Shown here: positions 1-7,207 of the stretch, in pieces
How the letters are laid out: each line of letters begins with the position of its first letter
How positions within the stretch are numbered: the stretch's first letter is position 1
Origin: a virus
Lineage: Duplodnaviria; Heunggongvirae; Uroviricota; Caudoviricetes; Crassvirales
IMG/VR virus record: IMGVR_UViG_3300033069_000976
Location: 1-29,012 of that record
Length of the DNA stretch: 29,012 bases
Strand: one strand, 5' to 3'
Position numbers and translations under genes: made by a program
Notes under the pieces: generated by a model
The model's database searches: none
Told to the model about the DNA's origin: nothing
What the model saw: only the letters and a program-made list of their open reading frames with translations

Positions 1-108
1 ATAGAGTTTATACAGGATTTAGACCTTACACAGGTAGTTGAACATGATGATAATGTACAATTTGGTCAAGTGGCTGCTTGTGCAGGAGGGGCTTGTACTA
101 TAGATTAG
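1..108 (+). CDS. nrdJ: C-terminal fragment of class II (B12-dependent) ribonucleotide reductase, partial (5' end outside window)
   Basis: Frame 1 translated by hand: IEFIQDLDLTQVVEHDDNVQFGQVAACAGGACTID* (TAG 106-108). The DLTxVxExxD...ACAGGAC tail with its C-terminal Cys pair is characteristic of monomeric class II RNRs of Bacteroidota and their phages. Not in the ORF track. Confidence 0.75.
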   Translation: MEFIQDLDLTQVVEHDDNVQFGQVAACAGGACTID

Positions 109-124
109 TTAACAATTCATTAAC

Positions 125-154
125 AAACCTAGCTAGAAATAGCTAGGTTTTTTT
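125..154 (+). terminator. Rho-independent terminator after the RNR gene
   Basis: Perfect 11-bp stem AAACCTAGCTA-GAAA-TAGCTAGGTTT continuing into a T run, 16 nt after the TAG. Confidence 0.85.
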
Positions 155-156
155 AT

Positions 157-164
157 TATATTTG
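157..164 (+). promoter_or_regulatory. Putative Bacteroidota housekeeping-sigma -7 element (TAnnTTTG)
   Basis: TATATTTG lies immediately after the terminator and 3 nt before ATG 168. No clear -33 TTTG at the canonical spacing. Confidence 0.5.
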
Positions 165-167
165 TAT

Positions 168-284
168 ATGAAAAAGAAGAAAAAATGGAAATCTCAATCT
201 AGAGTAATGAAGGGGTTTGAAAAATTTGTTACTTATGGATTTAAAGGTAGAAAAATAACAGTCCCAATAGAAACTAAAAAATAA
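168..284 (+). CDS. Small basic hypothetical protein (38 aa)
   Basis: Hand translation MKKKKKWKSQSRVMKGFEKFVTYGFKGRKITVPIETKK*. It fills the terminator-recA gap, with its stop 3 nt before the recA ATG. Below the ORF-track size cutoff. Confidence 0.55.
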   Translation: MKKKKKWKSQSRVMKGFEKFVTYGFKGRKITVPIETKK

Positions 285-287
285 AAT

Positions 288-1250
288 ATGGCAGAAGAAA
301 AAGTAAAAAAGAAGAGTATAGTAGAGGTACTCAATGAGAAGTATGGTAAAGGAACCATTATAGGAGGTGGACAAGCTCCAGACCATTTAGATGTTGTTAA
401 AACAGGGAGTTTAACCCTTGATATTGCAACAGGAGTTGGTGGTAATCCTAAAGGTAAATTGATTGAAATTTTTGGACCAGAGAGTTCAGGTAAAAGTACT
501 TTATGCCTACACTTTATATCTGAATTTCAAAAAGCTGGTGAGAAAACTATGTTAGTTGATTTTGAGCAATCTTTTGATAAAAAATATGCAAAATCAATTG
601 GTGTTAATGTAGAAGAAATGTTTATAGCTCAACCAGAGACTATGGAAGATGGTTATAATCTGATTTATGAAGCAGTATTGAGTAAGGAATTTGGTCTTAT
701 TGTTTTGGATAGTCAAACAGCTATGCCGCCCAAAGCTTCTCTTGAAAGTGAAATTGGTGATGCTAAAATGGCTTTACAAGCAAGGGTGAATAATGATGCT
801 CTCAGAAAGATTAAACCTAACTTAATGTCTACAGGAACTACTATGATTACTATTAGCCAGTTAAGAACTAATATAGGCGGTTATGGTGATCCAAATGTTC
901 CATCAGGAGGAAATGCTTACAAGTTTTATGCTGATATGAGATATAAAGTATCTAAGGTATTAGATAAAGCAAAAGAGACAAATAAAACTACTGTAGAAGT
1001 GGTTAAAAATAAATGTGCACCACCATTTGGAAAAGCAGAGTTTAATATTATATGGGGAATAGGTGTGGATAGAATGGGGGAATTAATAGATTTGGCAGTA
1101 GAATATAAGTTTCTTGAAAAATCAGGAACTTGGTATACAATAAGTGATACTAAATTACAAGATGGAAAACTAAGAGAATTTCTTAGAGATAATCCTGAGT
1201 ATGCATTGGAATTGGAAACAAAAGTTTTAAACAAAATAAAAGAAAATTAA
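288..1250 (+). CDS. recA: RecA/UvsX-family recombinase
   Basis: Walker A GPESSGKST, DFEQSFD, Walker B region LIVLDS, ISQLR, GGNAYKFYADMR, KNKCAPPF. Lacks the acidic C-terminal tail of bacterial RecA, as is common in phage copies. Confidence 0.97.
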   Translation: MAEEKVKKKSIVEVLNEKYGKGTIIGGGQAPDHLDVVKTGSLTLDIATGVGGNPKGKLIEIFGPESSGKSTLCLHFISEFQKAGEKTMLVDFEQSFDKKYAKSIGVNVEEMFIAQPETMEDGYNLIYEAVLSKEFGLIVLDSQTAMPPKASLESEIGDAKMALQARVNNDALRKIKPNLMSTGTTMITISQLRTNIGGYGDPNVPSGGNAYKFYADMRYKVSKVLDKAKETNKTTVEVVKNKCAPPFGKAEFNIIWGIGVDRMGELIDLAVEYKFLEKSGTWYTISDTKLQDGKLREFLRDNPEYALELETKVLNKIKEN

Positions 1251-1251
1251 T

Positions 1252-1578
1252 ATGGATTTTAATGAATATCAAGACAAAGCTGTAGCAACAGCTATTTATG
1301 GAGCAGGAAATGTAGTAATCTACCCTGCATTAGGACTAGCTAATGAAGCTGGAGAAGTATTAGGAAAGATTAAAAAAGTTCTTAGGGATAAGAATGGAGA
1401 ATTTACAATAGAGACTAACAAAGCTATAGGAGATGAAATAGGAGATGTATTATGGTATATGGCTGCTTTATGCAGGGATTTAGGTATCCAACTGGATGAT
1501 GTGGCACAAAACAATATTTATAAACTATTGGATAGACAATCTAGGAATGTTATCCAGGGAAGTGGAGATAACCGTTAA
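1252..1578 (+). CDS. MazG-like nucleoside triphosphate pyrophosphohydrolase
   Basis: MDFNEYQ start, LGLANEAGEV and DEIGDVLWY acidic helices, NIxKL...RxxxxGSGDNR tail typical of phage MazG-like NTP-PPases. Confidence 0.88.
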   Translation: MDFNEYQDKAVATAIYGAGNVVIYPALGLANEAGEVLGKIKKVLRDKNGEFTIETNKAIGDEIGDVLWYMAALCRDLGIQLDDVAQNNIYKLLDRQSRNVIQGSGDNR

Positions 1579-1581
1579 TAT

Positions 1582-1752
1582 ATGAATATATTGATAAATT
1601 TATTTATAACACAAGGAATACCATTACTATCTCTAAAAGATTTAGAGGAATATACTGGGGAGTGGTATGATATAAAAGATTGTCCTTTACGAGATACTGT
1701 TTTACCTTATTTAATTAATCAAAAACTACAAAGAAATGAGGAAGAATATTGA
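1582..1752 (+). CDS. Hypothetical protein (56 aa)
   Basis: Hand translation MNILINLFITQGIPLLSLKDLEEYTGEWYDIKDCPLRDTVLPYLINQKLQRNEEEY*. Starts 3 nt after the MazG stop and overlaps the next ORF by 17 nt. Confidence 0.55.
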   Translation: MNILINLFITQGIPLLSLKDLEEYTGEWYDIKDCPLRDTVLPYLINQKLQRNEEEY

Positions 1753-1945
1753 TTATTATGAAGAAGATGGTGTAGAGAAAGAGCAAGTATTTGAAACACC
1801 TATGGAATTGATAGATTTTATAGAGCAAAAGATAGCTAATGAACCTGCTAAGGGTAAATTACATAGTATATGGAAGAAAGAGGTAAATGAATTAATAGAT
1901 TTATATAATTCTTCTTATACACATATTTATAAACATGTAAAATGA
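1736..1945 (+). CDS. Hypothetical protein (69 aa)
   Basis: ORF in operon orientation; ATGA overlap with the next gene. Confidence 0.65.
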   Translation: MRKNIDYYEEDGVEKEQVFETPMELIDFIEQKIANEPAKGKLHSIWKKEVNELIDLYNSSYTHIYKHVK

Positions 1946-2406
1946 TTAGATTAAATAGAAATGAAATACTATTAAAGAAACTGAAATGGAGAGAGGGGTT
2001 AATTCCTCTCTCCTATTCCAGACATGCTAAAACAAGATTGTCAGAAAGAGTGGATGGAGAGCTTATTGTAGCTCCTACAGTACTTAGAGTTACCAAAGAT
2101 AATCTGTATAATGGAAGTATTGTTAATACTGAAAGTACCCGATTAAAAGAAGCTTGTGTAAGATTAGATTATAAGCAGGATAAATGGATGTTTGTGGCTT
2201 TGGTATTAGGTAATGGAGCAGTAAAGAGTATTTGGGTAGAAAGTAAATTTAAAAAGAATGACAGAAAAACAACTGAGTTACGAAAAGAGGTGGGAATTAT
2301 TTCGGAAGATTTGGTCAAAGAGACCCCACAAGTCCCAGGTTTCTGGAAAAGGTTTGGGAATACAATTAAAAAGTACCTTTTGCGATCATCTACTGGAAAG
2401 GAATAA
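1942..2406 (+). CDS. Hypothetical protein; N-terminal YSRHAKTRLSER resembles DUF4258/RelE-like small alpha-beta folds
   Basis: ATGA-coupled start. Motif similarity judged by eye only. The last ~49 codons overlap the next gene. Confidence 0.6.
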   Translation: MIRLNRNEILLKKLKWREGLIPLSYSRHAKTRLSERVDGELIVAPTVLRVTKDNLYNGSIVNTESTRLKEACVRLDYKQDKWMFVALVLGNGAVKSIWVESKFKKNDRKTTELRKEVGIISEDLVKETPQVPGFWKRFGNTIKKYLLRSSTGKE

Positions 2407-2593
2407 ATATCCAGAAGTAGCATTAGAAGAGTGGAATATACTTTTAGTTACTCCTGATGAGCATACTAGAAAGGGAAATGGTTTTCCAGGAATAGAAACA
2501 GAAACAGATAAAATATATAAATCACATATTAAAAGAGCAAAAGAAAGATATGAAGCCGAAAAAAATGATAAAAATCCTGAAGAGGGAAGCTAA
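2258..2593 (+). CDS. HNH/NinG-like nuclease-fold protein (zinc-finger Cys positions replaced)
   Basis: IWSKRPHKSQVSGK...FCDHLLERNKYPE...NILLVTPDEH matches the phage HNH pattern IWxxRPHxCxxCG...SHILxKxxYPE...NIxLLCxxCH. Confidence 0.6.
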   Translation: MTEKQLSYEKRWELFRKIWSKRPHKSQVSGKGLGIQLKSTFCDHLLERNKYPEVALEEWNILLVTPDEHTRKGNGFPGIETETDKIYKSHIKRAKERYEAEKNDKNPEEGS

Positions 2594-2846
2594 AAAGATA
2601 CCTTTAGAAGAGTATCATGTATTTAACAAATTTTATAGACCTTTATTTCAGGATGCAGAAGGTAATCTTCATTCTGAAAGAGAGGAAAAAGATGGTAGTA
2701 AAAGGAGAATGGTATTTGGGGTAGTTGAAAAATACCCTGTTAATCATGGGAGAAGAGTTAAGAAACTCTATAAACAGTTCGGCATGTCAGGAGTTGATGC
2801 TTACTTCTTTGTAAAAGCTGGTATGGTCCAGCAAAGTAGATTATAA
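2550..2846 (+). CDS. Basic hypothetical protein (alternative start ATG 2565)
   Basis: Last ORF of the + block, ending just before the bidirectional terminator. Contains PVNHGRRVKKLY. Confidence 0.7.
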   Translation: MKPKKMIKILKREAKKIPLEEYHVFNKFYRPLFQDAEGNLHSEREEKDGSKRRMVFGVVEKYPVNHGRRVKKLYKQFGMSGVDAYFFVKAGMVQQSRL

Positions 2847-2849
2847 AAG

Positions 2850-2882
2850 AAAAAGCCCTTAGTTATTAGCTAAGGGCTTTTT
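2850..2882. terminator. Bidirectional intrinsic terminator between the convergent gene blocks
   Basis: Perfect 13-bp stem AAAAAGCCCTTAG / CTAAGGGCTTTTT with a 7-nt loop. The A/T tracts give a U-tail on both strands. It lies between stops at 2846 (+) and 2886 (-). Confidence 0.9.
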
Positions 2883-2885
2883 AAT

Positions 2886-3191
2886 TTACTCTTCTCCTTC
2901 ACCTTGAATTATAGGTGGAGCTGTAGTTCGCTTAACCTCTTGAATAATACCACCTTCTACACCTCGTTTAATAACTCCTGAAGTTAGTTCATACAACTTA
3001 CTTAGCATCACCCATTTTTTAGGCTCTGGCTCAGTAGTATTAAATACAATGTGTAATGTATTATGTAATACATTTAACTCTGCACCAGATATACTAAACT
3101 GATCAGTGGGTTTCCACTCATAGTTAGCATCTGGGTTAAAAACTTTCTTTTCAAAAACTACTTCTGCTTCTTCAATTTTACTAGTATCCAT
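2886..3191 (-). CDS. Hypothetical protein (101 aa)
   Basis: Clean ATG start, last gene of the - block, ends at the terminator. Confidence 0.8.
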   Translation of the reverse strand: MDTSKIEEAEVVFEKKVFNPDANYEWKPTDQFSISGAELNVLHNTLHIVFNTTEPEPKKWVMLSKLYELTSGVIKRGVEGGIIQEVKRTTAPPIIQGEGEE

Positions 3192-3211
3192 ATAAATAAA
3201 TTTATTTATTA

Positions 3212-3219
3212 CAAAGATA
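3212..3219 (-). promoter_or_regulatory. Putative Bacteroidota -7 promoter element TATCTTTG upstream of ORF 3191
   Basis: The reverse complement of CAAAGATA (3212-3219) matches TAnnTTTG, 20 nt upstream of the ATG, in the only sizeable intergenic gap here. Confidence 0.55.
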
Positions 3220-3242
3220 CAAAGAAATATGTTAAAGAAAAG

Positions 3243-3527
3243 TTAAAGTGCTGGAATAGTAAAAGATACTGCACTTATATTTTTAATAGACTTAGAATAA
3301 CTTAGTCTTATATTAAGCATAGAGTGTAGTTCATTTAACTTCTCTATTACTAAAGATAAGTAAATAGGTTTAGATGTAGCTATTCTAAAGCTATAATTAG
3401 ATAAGTTTTTTCTTACCTCCATTGTAGATAATTCATCTACCCCATTTAATACTCCCTCCAATAAATTAAAATAAGATCTTTCATTATCAGGAATAACTTT
3501 TGGAATATCCTTAAAATATACTGTCAT
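3243..3527 (-). CDS. Hypothetical protein (94 aa)
   Basis: ATG 1 nt after the previous stop; operon-coupled. Confidence 0.75.
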   Translation of the reverse strand: MTVYFKDIPKVIPDNERSYFNLLEGVLNGVDELSTMEVRKNLSNYSFRIATSKPIYLSLVIEKLNELHSMLNIRLSYSKSIKNISAVSFTIPAL

Positions 3528-3528
3528 A

Positions 3529-3975
3529 TCACGGTGCAGTCGTAGTAGTAGTAGTAGTTGTGGTAGTCGTAGGAGTACCAGTAACTGTCATTGTCAACTC
3601 TCCTCTACACAAAGAGTCAGCAATTTCCTGATGAAGATGTAGAATTACATCTGTTCCATCAGTACTAAAAGTACCTAGATACCCTAAATTACTGTTTAAC
3701 TCTGCTACCAATGTGTCTATATCAGTAGAACTTGCATCTATGGTAGTTACCATAACCTCTGTATCATCACATAGAATAGTCAATGTGATTTCTGATATAT
3801 AAGTATCAGCAGGTGTTTGGGTTAAGGATGTGAATGGGAAACAACAAGTTGTTTCTGTTTCTTCTACCCATCTGCCTATAGATGGTTTTTTTCTACGGAT
3901 AACTCCACTACCAGCAATTCTCCTGCCTTGGTAGTCTAGTCTTGTGAAATACTTCATACTTTTATCAATGCTCAT
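3529..3975 (-). CDS. Poly-Thr-tailed protein, probably structural
   Basis: N-terminal FTRLDYQGRRIAGSGVIRRKKPSIGRWVE...CC, a beta-rich middle, and C-terminal TGTP-T11-AP. Start overlaps the stop of the upstream GT. Confidence 0.8.
   Translation of the reverse strand: MSIDKSMKYFTRLDYQGRRIAGSGVIRRKKPSIGRWVEETETTCCFPFTSLTQTPADTYISEITLTILCDDTEVMVTTIDASSTDIDTLVAELNSNLGYLGTFSTDGTDVILHLHQEIADSLCRGELTMTVTGTPTTTTTTTTTTTAP
3538..3570 (-). repeat. 11 consecutive Thr codons (mucin-like tract)
   Basis: Codons ACG ACT ACC ACA ACT ACT ACT ACT ACT ACG ACT use all four Thr codons. Confidence 0.95.
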
Positions 3976-5053
3976 TTTTTGTGGATTTTAAAATTGTTTT
4001 TATATAATAATTGTTACAAAATTGTTTATTAATTGGATTGTTATACACCTCTGTTAAATATTCAATATCTTGTTGTGGGGTAGATACTAAATATTTGGAA
4101 TTTCCTTTGAAAAATAATGGACCTTCTAATGTTATTCTTTCTCCATTTTCACTTCTTTGATTAGCTACTGCTATTTTCTCATCAGAGACCACTCCGGCAT
4201 TGTGTAGGATAAATACTTCATCTAATCTTTCTATTTTATCAGTACTCCAGGCAAAATCAAACTCTTTAGGACATCTTGTTTCTGAAGTTTTCCAAAGATT
4301 ATATAGAACACACCACATATCTGCACACCATGACTGGAACCCATTATTTTCTCTTTCTTGAGCAGTTGTTCCTTGCATATATATCTGGTTAATATCAGAT
4401 AAATACATTTTTATTTCACAACAGGTATTAAAGCAATCAACCCAAAATTGTTTAGTTATATTCTTTAGTAGATATTGTGCTCCGCCAGTATGTTCATTAT
4501 TCTTAGTTATAAGTTCCCTAGTTATACCACATATATGTCCCAATCTAGATACTATATCTAATTTTTTAAACTTCTCAATTTTAAGAGGGTTTACTTTATC
4601 TAATTTAGAATCCAGATAAGGTTGCCAAAGATAATTATCTGTTCTTTCTATATTACCAGTCCAGGATAAATAATTAATTTTATCTTCTAAATATGGGGTA
4701 AAGTCAAATTTCTTAGTAAATACTATATCTGTATCACAATAAAAAATAGCTTCTTGCTCTAAATGTGGAAATTTCTCCCAGTGTTTTTGCAGACAGTATA
4801 ACCTGCATAAAGGAGGATAACCAAAAGCCCTTGCAGTTTTCATTATATTCTTATCATCATAATAAAAAAACTGAGCTTCAGGAAAATCCTGTTCTAAAGT
4901 TACCCATTCTGTATGGGTGCTCTCTTGAGATTTGTATATAAGTACTCTTGCTTTGTCTGAATAATCAAATTCTTTTAAAGAGGTTAGAAGTACTCTGGTT
5001 TCCCAGGCAAATCTTAATTTATTTTCTGTACAACAGATTATATTGAGGTTCAT
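3965..5053 (-). CDS. Putative GT-A glycosyltransferase resembling GT95/GT96 (Hyp O-arabinosyl / Ser O-galactosyl transferase-like)
   Basis: IFYCDTDIVF (DxD), RLYCLQKHW, GGAQY, WCADMW (compare the WxxEMY motif of GT95/96), and a late LHNAG His motif. Family assignment by eye. Confidence 0.65.
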   Translation of the reverse strand: MNLNIICCTENKLRFAWETRVLLTSLKEFDYSDKARVLIYKSQESTHTEWVTLEQDFPEAQFFYYDDKNIMKTARAFGYPPLCRLYCLQKHWEKFPHLEQEAIFYCDTDIVFTKKFDFTPYLEDKINYLSWTGNIERTDNYLWQPYLDSKLDKVNPLKIEKFKKLDIVSRLGHICGITRELITKNNEHTGGAQYLLKNITKQFWVDCFNTCCEIKMYLSDINQIYMQGTTAQERENNGFQSWCADMWCVLYNLWKTSETRCPKEFDFAWSTDKIERLDEVFILHNAGVVSDEKIAVANQRSENGERITLEGPLFFKGNSKYLVSTPQQDIEYLTEVYNNPINKQFCNNYYIKTILKSTKNEH

Positions 5054-5771
5054 ATTTTAATAAATCTTCTTTACTAATAGGTAATAATATACCATTTCCT
5101 TTATCTGTTGAGTTAACCGTGTAGTTATTGAAGTTATTTGGATTATAAGGATCTCCAGATGTTTTCCATACTGGAATTGTACCACTCCAATCATAAATAA
5201 AAGTAGCCTTACCGTTAGGATCTACATATATTTGATGATTATTTATCAAAGGTTGTACCCATTTATGGTGTAAATCTACATTTCTTGGGAAGTAACCTTC
5301 TGATTTTAAATACTCATAGTTTACAAATATAGAAGGCTCCAATACATTCTTTTCCAGAGACAATTTATCATGTGTTTTAAACCATGATTTTTCAGGTTTA
5401 TAAGCCAGTAATCCACCCCTTTTATACCCCTCAGCCCCTTTGGAAAAATGATCAGGTAAATATATATCATCATCATCCATATGTACTACTAAATCAGCCA
5501 AGGGGATGAACTCTAAAATATCATTATATATTTCACCAAGATTATTATAATCTCTTTCAGCTCCTAATTTGGTACTGTGGTTGATTACAATAATTTTTTT
5601 ATTTGGGGGAAGTTCAAAATCCCCTAGCTGTTGTTCTTCTTTTGCATTATTATAGATAAATAGTGTAGATGGCCCAGTATAATCTTGTTCAAGAAAACAC
5701 CTTATTACTTTCTTTAAGTGAGAAACCCGGTTCTTAGTAGCACAAATTCCGATTATTGATAATTCCTTCAT
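5019..5771 (-). CDS. Glycosyltransferase family 2 (GT-A)
   Basis: IIGICATKNRVSHLKKVIRCFLEQDY N-terminal strand-helix and VVHMDDDDIY motif. Confidence 0.85.
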   Translation of the reverse strand: MKELSIIGICATKNRVSHLKKVIRCFLEQDYTGPSTLFIYNNAKEEQQLGDFELPPNKKIIVINHSTKLGAERDYNNLGEIYNDILEFIPLADLVVHMDDDDIYLPDHFSKGAEGYKRGGLLAYKPEKSWFKTHDKLSLEKNVLEPSIFVNYEYLKSEGYFPRNVDLHHKWVQPLINNHQIYVDPNGKATFIYDWSGTIPVWKTSGDPYNPNNFNNYTVNSTDKGNGILLPISKEDLLKYEPQYNLLYRK

Positions 5772-6224
5772 TTATTTAAAATATAGTTTAGCTTCTTCAG
5801 CTCTCCTTCTTACCAATCCAGGTAATACTTTGCCTGAAGCTTTTACCCATTTATTAAATTCTCTTGTTATAGAAACATCTTGTGGGTTTATATTTACCTT
5901 TTTCAACAAGGTACTTATCCTAAGATTTTCAATTCCAACATTGTAAGCAAAAGATAATAGTGCTCCAAATTGATTATCAGTTAAAGTTTGCATAAGCAAA
6001 GGTAATACTTTATTACTGAATTTCAAAATATCTTGCATAAAATATTCTGTAGCTTGTTGTTGAGTAATAGTATCTCCTTTTTTAACTTTTTTACCATTTG
6101 GGTATATAGTTGTACCATAACCTATTGTCCAAGGATCTCCTCCGCTTCCTGGGTCTGGGTATGCATTTAATTCTAATCCTTCAAAAGACTGAATAAGTTT
6201 TATAGTTTCATTATTTATTTGCAT
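5772..6224 (-). CDS. Endolysin, GH24 (T4/P21-type) lysozyme
   Basis: FEGLELNAYPDPGSGGDPWTIGYG catalytic Glu/Asp/Thr region, QFGALLSFAYNVG, GLVRRRAEEAKLY. No N-terminal SAR helix. Confidence 0.95.
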   Translation of the reverse strand: MQINNETIKLIQSFEGLELNAYPDPGSGGDPWTIGYGTTIYPNGKKVKKGDTITQQQATEYFMQDILKFSNKVLPLLMQTLTDNQFGALLSFAYNVGIENLRISTLLKKVNINPQDVSITREFNKWVKASGKVLPGLVRRRAEEAKLYFK

Positions 6225-6225
6225 A

Positions 6226-6612
6226 TTATGGATTTTCTGGTGTATCTGGCGTTATATTACTGCCAACTATATTTTGAAAAACACTTGGATAGTCGTTATC
6301 ACCATAATACCCTTTGGTAAATTTCTTAACAAGGATTTTACCTAGATTTTCAGCAGTGATGAATCCTAATCCTCCCACTATTATTAAAAAGTCATATTCT
6401 AATATAACCTTTAATACATCATTCATTATTTTTAAAAACTCTATATCTCCTTTTGTAGGTCTTATAGCTACAAATGTAAATAATCCTAATATGAGAAAAG
6501 AACCTACAATAAAGTGCAGCATTGCCACTAAAGTTATAAACCTCTTAGAAGACCTGTCATTTTCAGAATCTAGGAGTTCATAAAAAAATTTCTTTAGTGT
6601 TGTCCTGCTCAT
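6226..6612 (-). CDS. Putative holin (two hydrophobic segments)
   Basis: SSKRFITLVAMLHFIVGSFLILGLFTFV and FLIIVGGLGFIT segments. Directly upstream of the lysozyme with 1-nt spacing. Confidence 0.65.
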   Translation of the reverse strand: MSRTTLKKFFYELLDSENDRSSKRFITLVAMLHFIVGSFLILGLFTFVAIRPTKGDIEFLKIMNDVLKVILEYDFLIIVGGLGFITAENLGKILVKKFTKGYYGDNDYPSVFQNIVGSNITPDTPENP

Positions 6613-7199
6613 TTTTTACTTCTTATCAATCTTATTTTTTGTATATGTCCTTTTATATCATTAATATCTTCTGTAGATAGGTCAACATTATGCTCATTTA
6701 AGAAAAGACTAACAACGCCTTCTGTTAAATTTTTACCCACCTTAAAATTATATGCTTTTTTTATACCATACATTCTATATGTAATAGCCGTTTCATTATC
6801 CATATCATCTGTTGTGATTGAATAACCATCTGGAGAATTTTCTAAATTGATTAACATTGTTGCTATAATAGAACATGGAATATTTTGAAACTCTTTTATT
6901 ATAGATTTTGTATTAATATCTGTCATTTCATTTCTCATAGAAGCATTTTTAAAACTAACTCCTTGAAATGAATTAATACCGTTATGATAGTCTATTAACG
7001 AAACTCTATTAAATTCGTATTTATCTCTTAATGAGGCTAGTTCCTGATTAATTAAAACAGCTTGTTTCATTGAACGATGAAAAATTCCCCCCATATCTCT
7101 TTTTCTTATTTGTCTTATAACTAAATCAAAAAGAGCTTTACAAAGTATTAAAATTGTTGCCCCTATTAAATAACCACCTGCTGTTAATAAATTTTCCAT
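6609..7199 (-). CDS. Single-TM membrane protein with a GAF-like soluble domain, resembling T4 T-type holin (likely start ATG 7199, 196 aa)
   Basis: One N-terminal TM (YLIGATILILCKALFDLVI), a basic/helical linker, then RVSLIDYHNG...FKNASMRNE...FQNIP. The track start at 7226 overlaps the upstream ORF; MENLL is more plausible. Confidence 0.55.
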   Translation of the reverse strand: MENLLTAGGYLIGATILILCKALFDLVIRQIRKRDMGGIFHRSMKQAVLINQELASLRDKYEFNRVSLIDYHNGINSFQGVSFKNASMRNEMTDINTKSIIKEFQNIPCSIIATMLINLENSPDGYSITTDDMDNETAITYRMYGIKKAYNFKVGKNLTEGVVSLFLNEHNVDLSTEDINDIKGHIQKIRLIRSKK

Positions 7200-7207
7200 T
7201 GTTAGTT

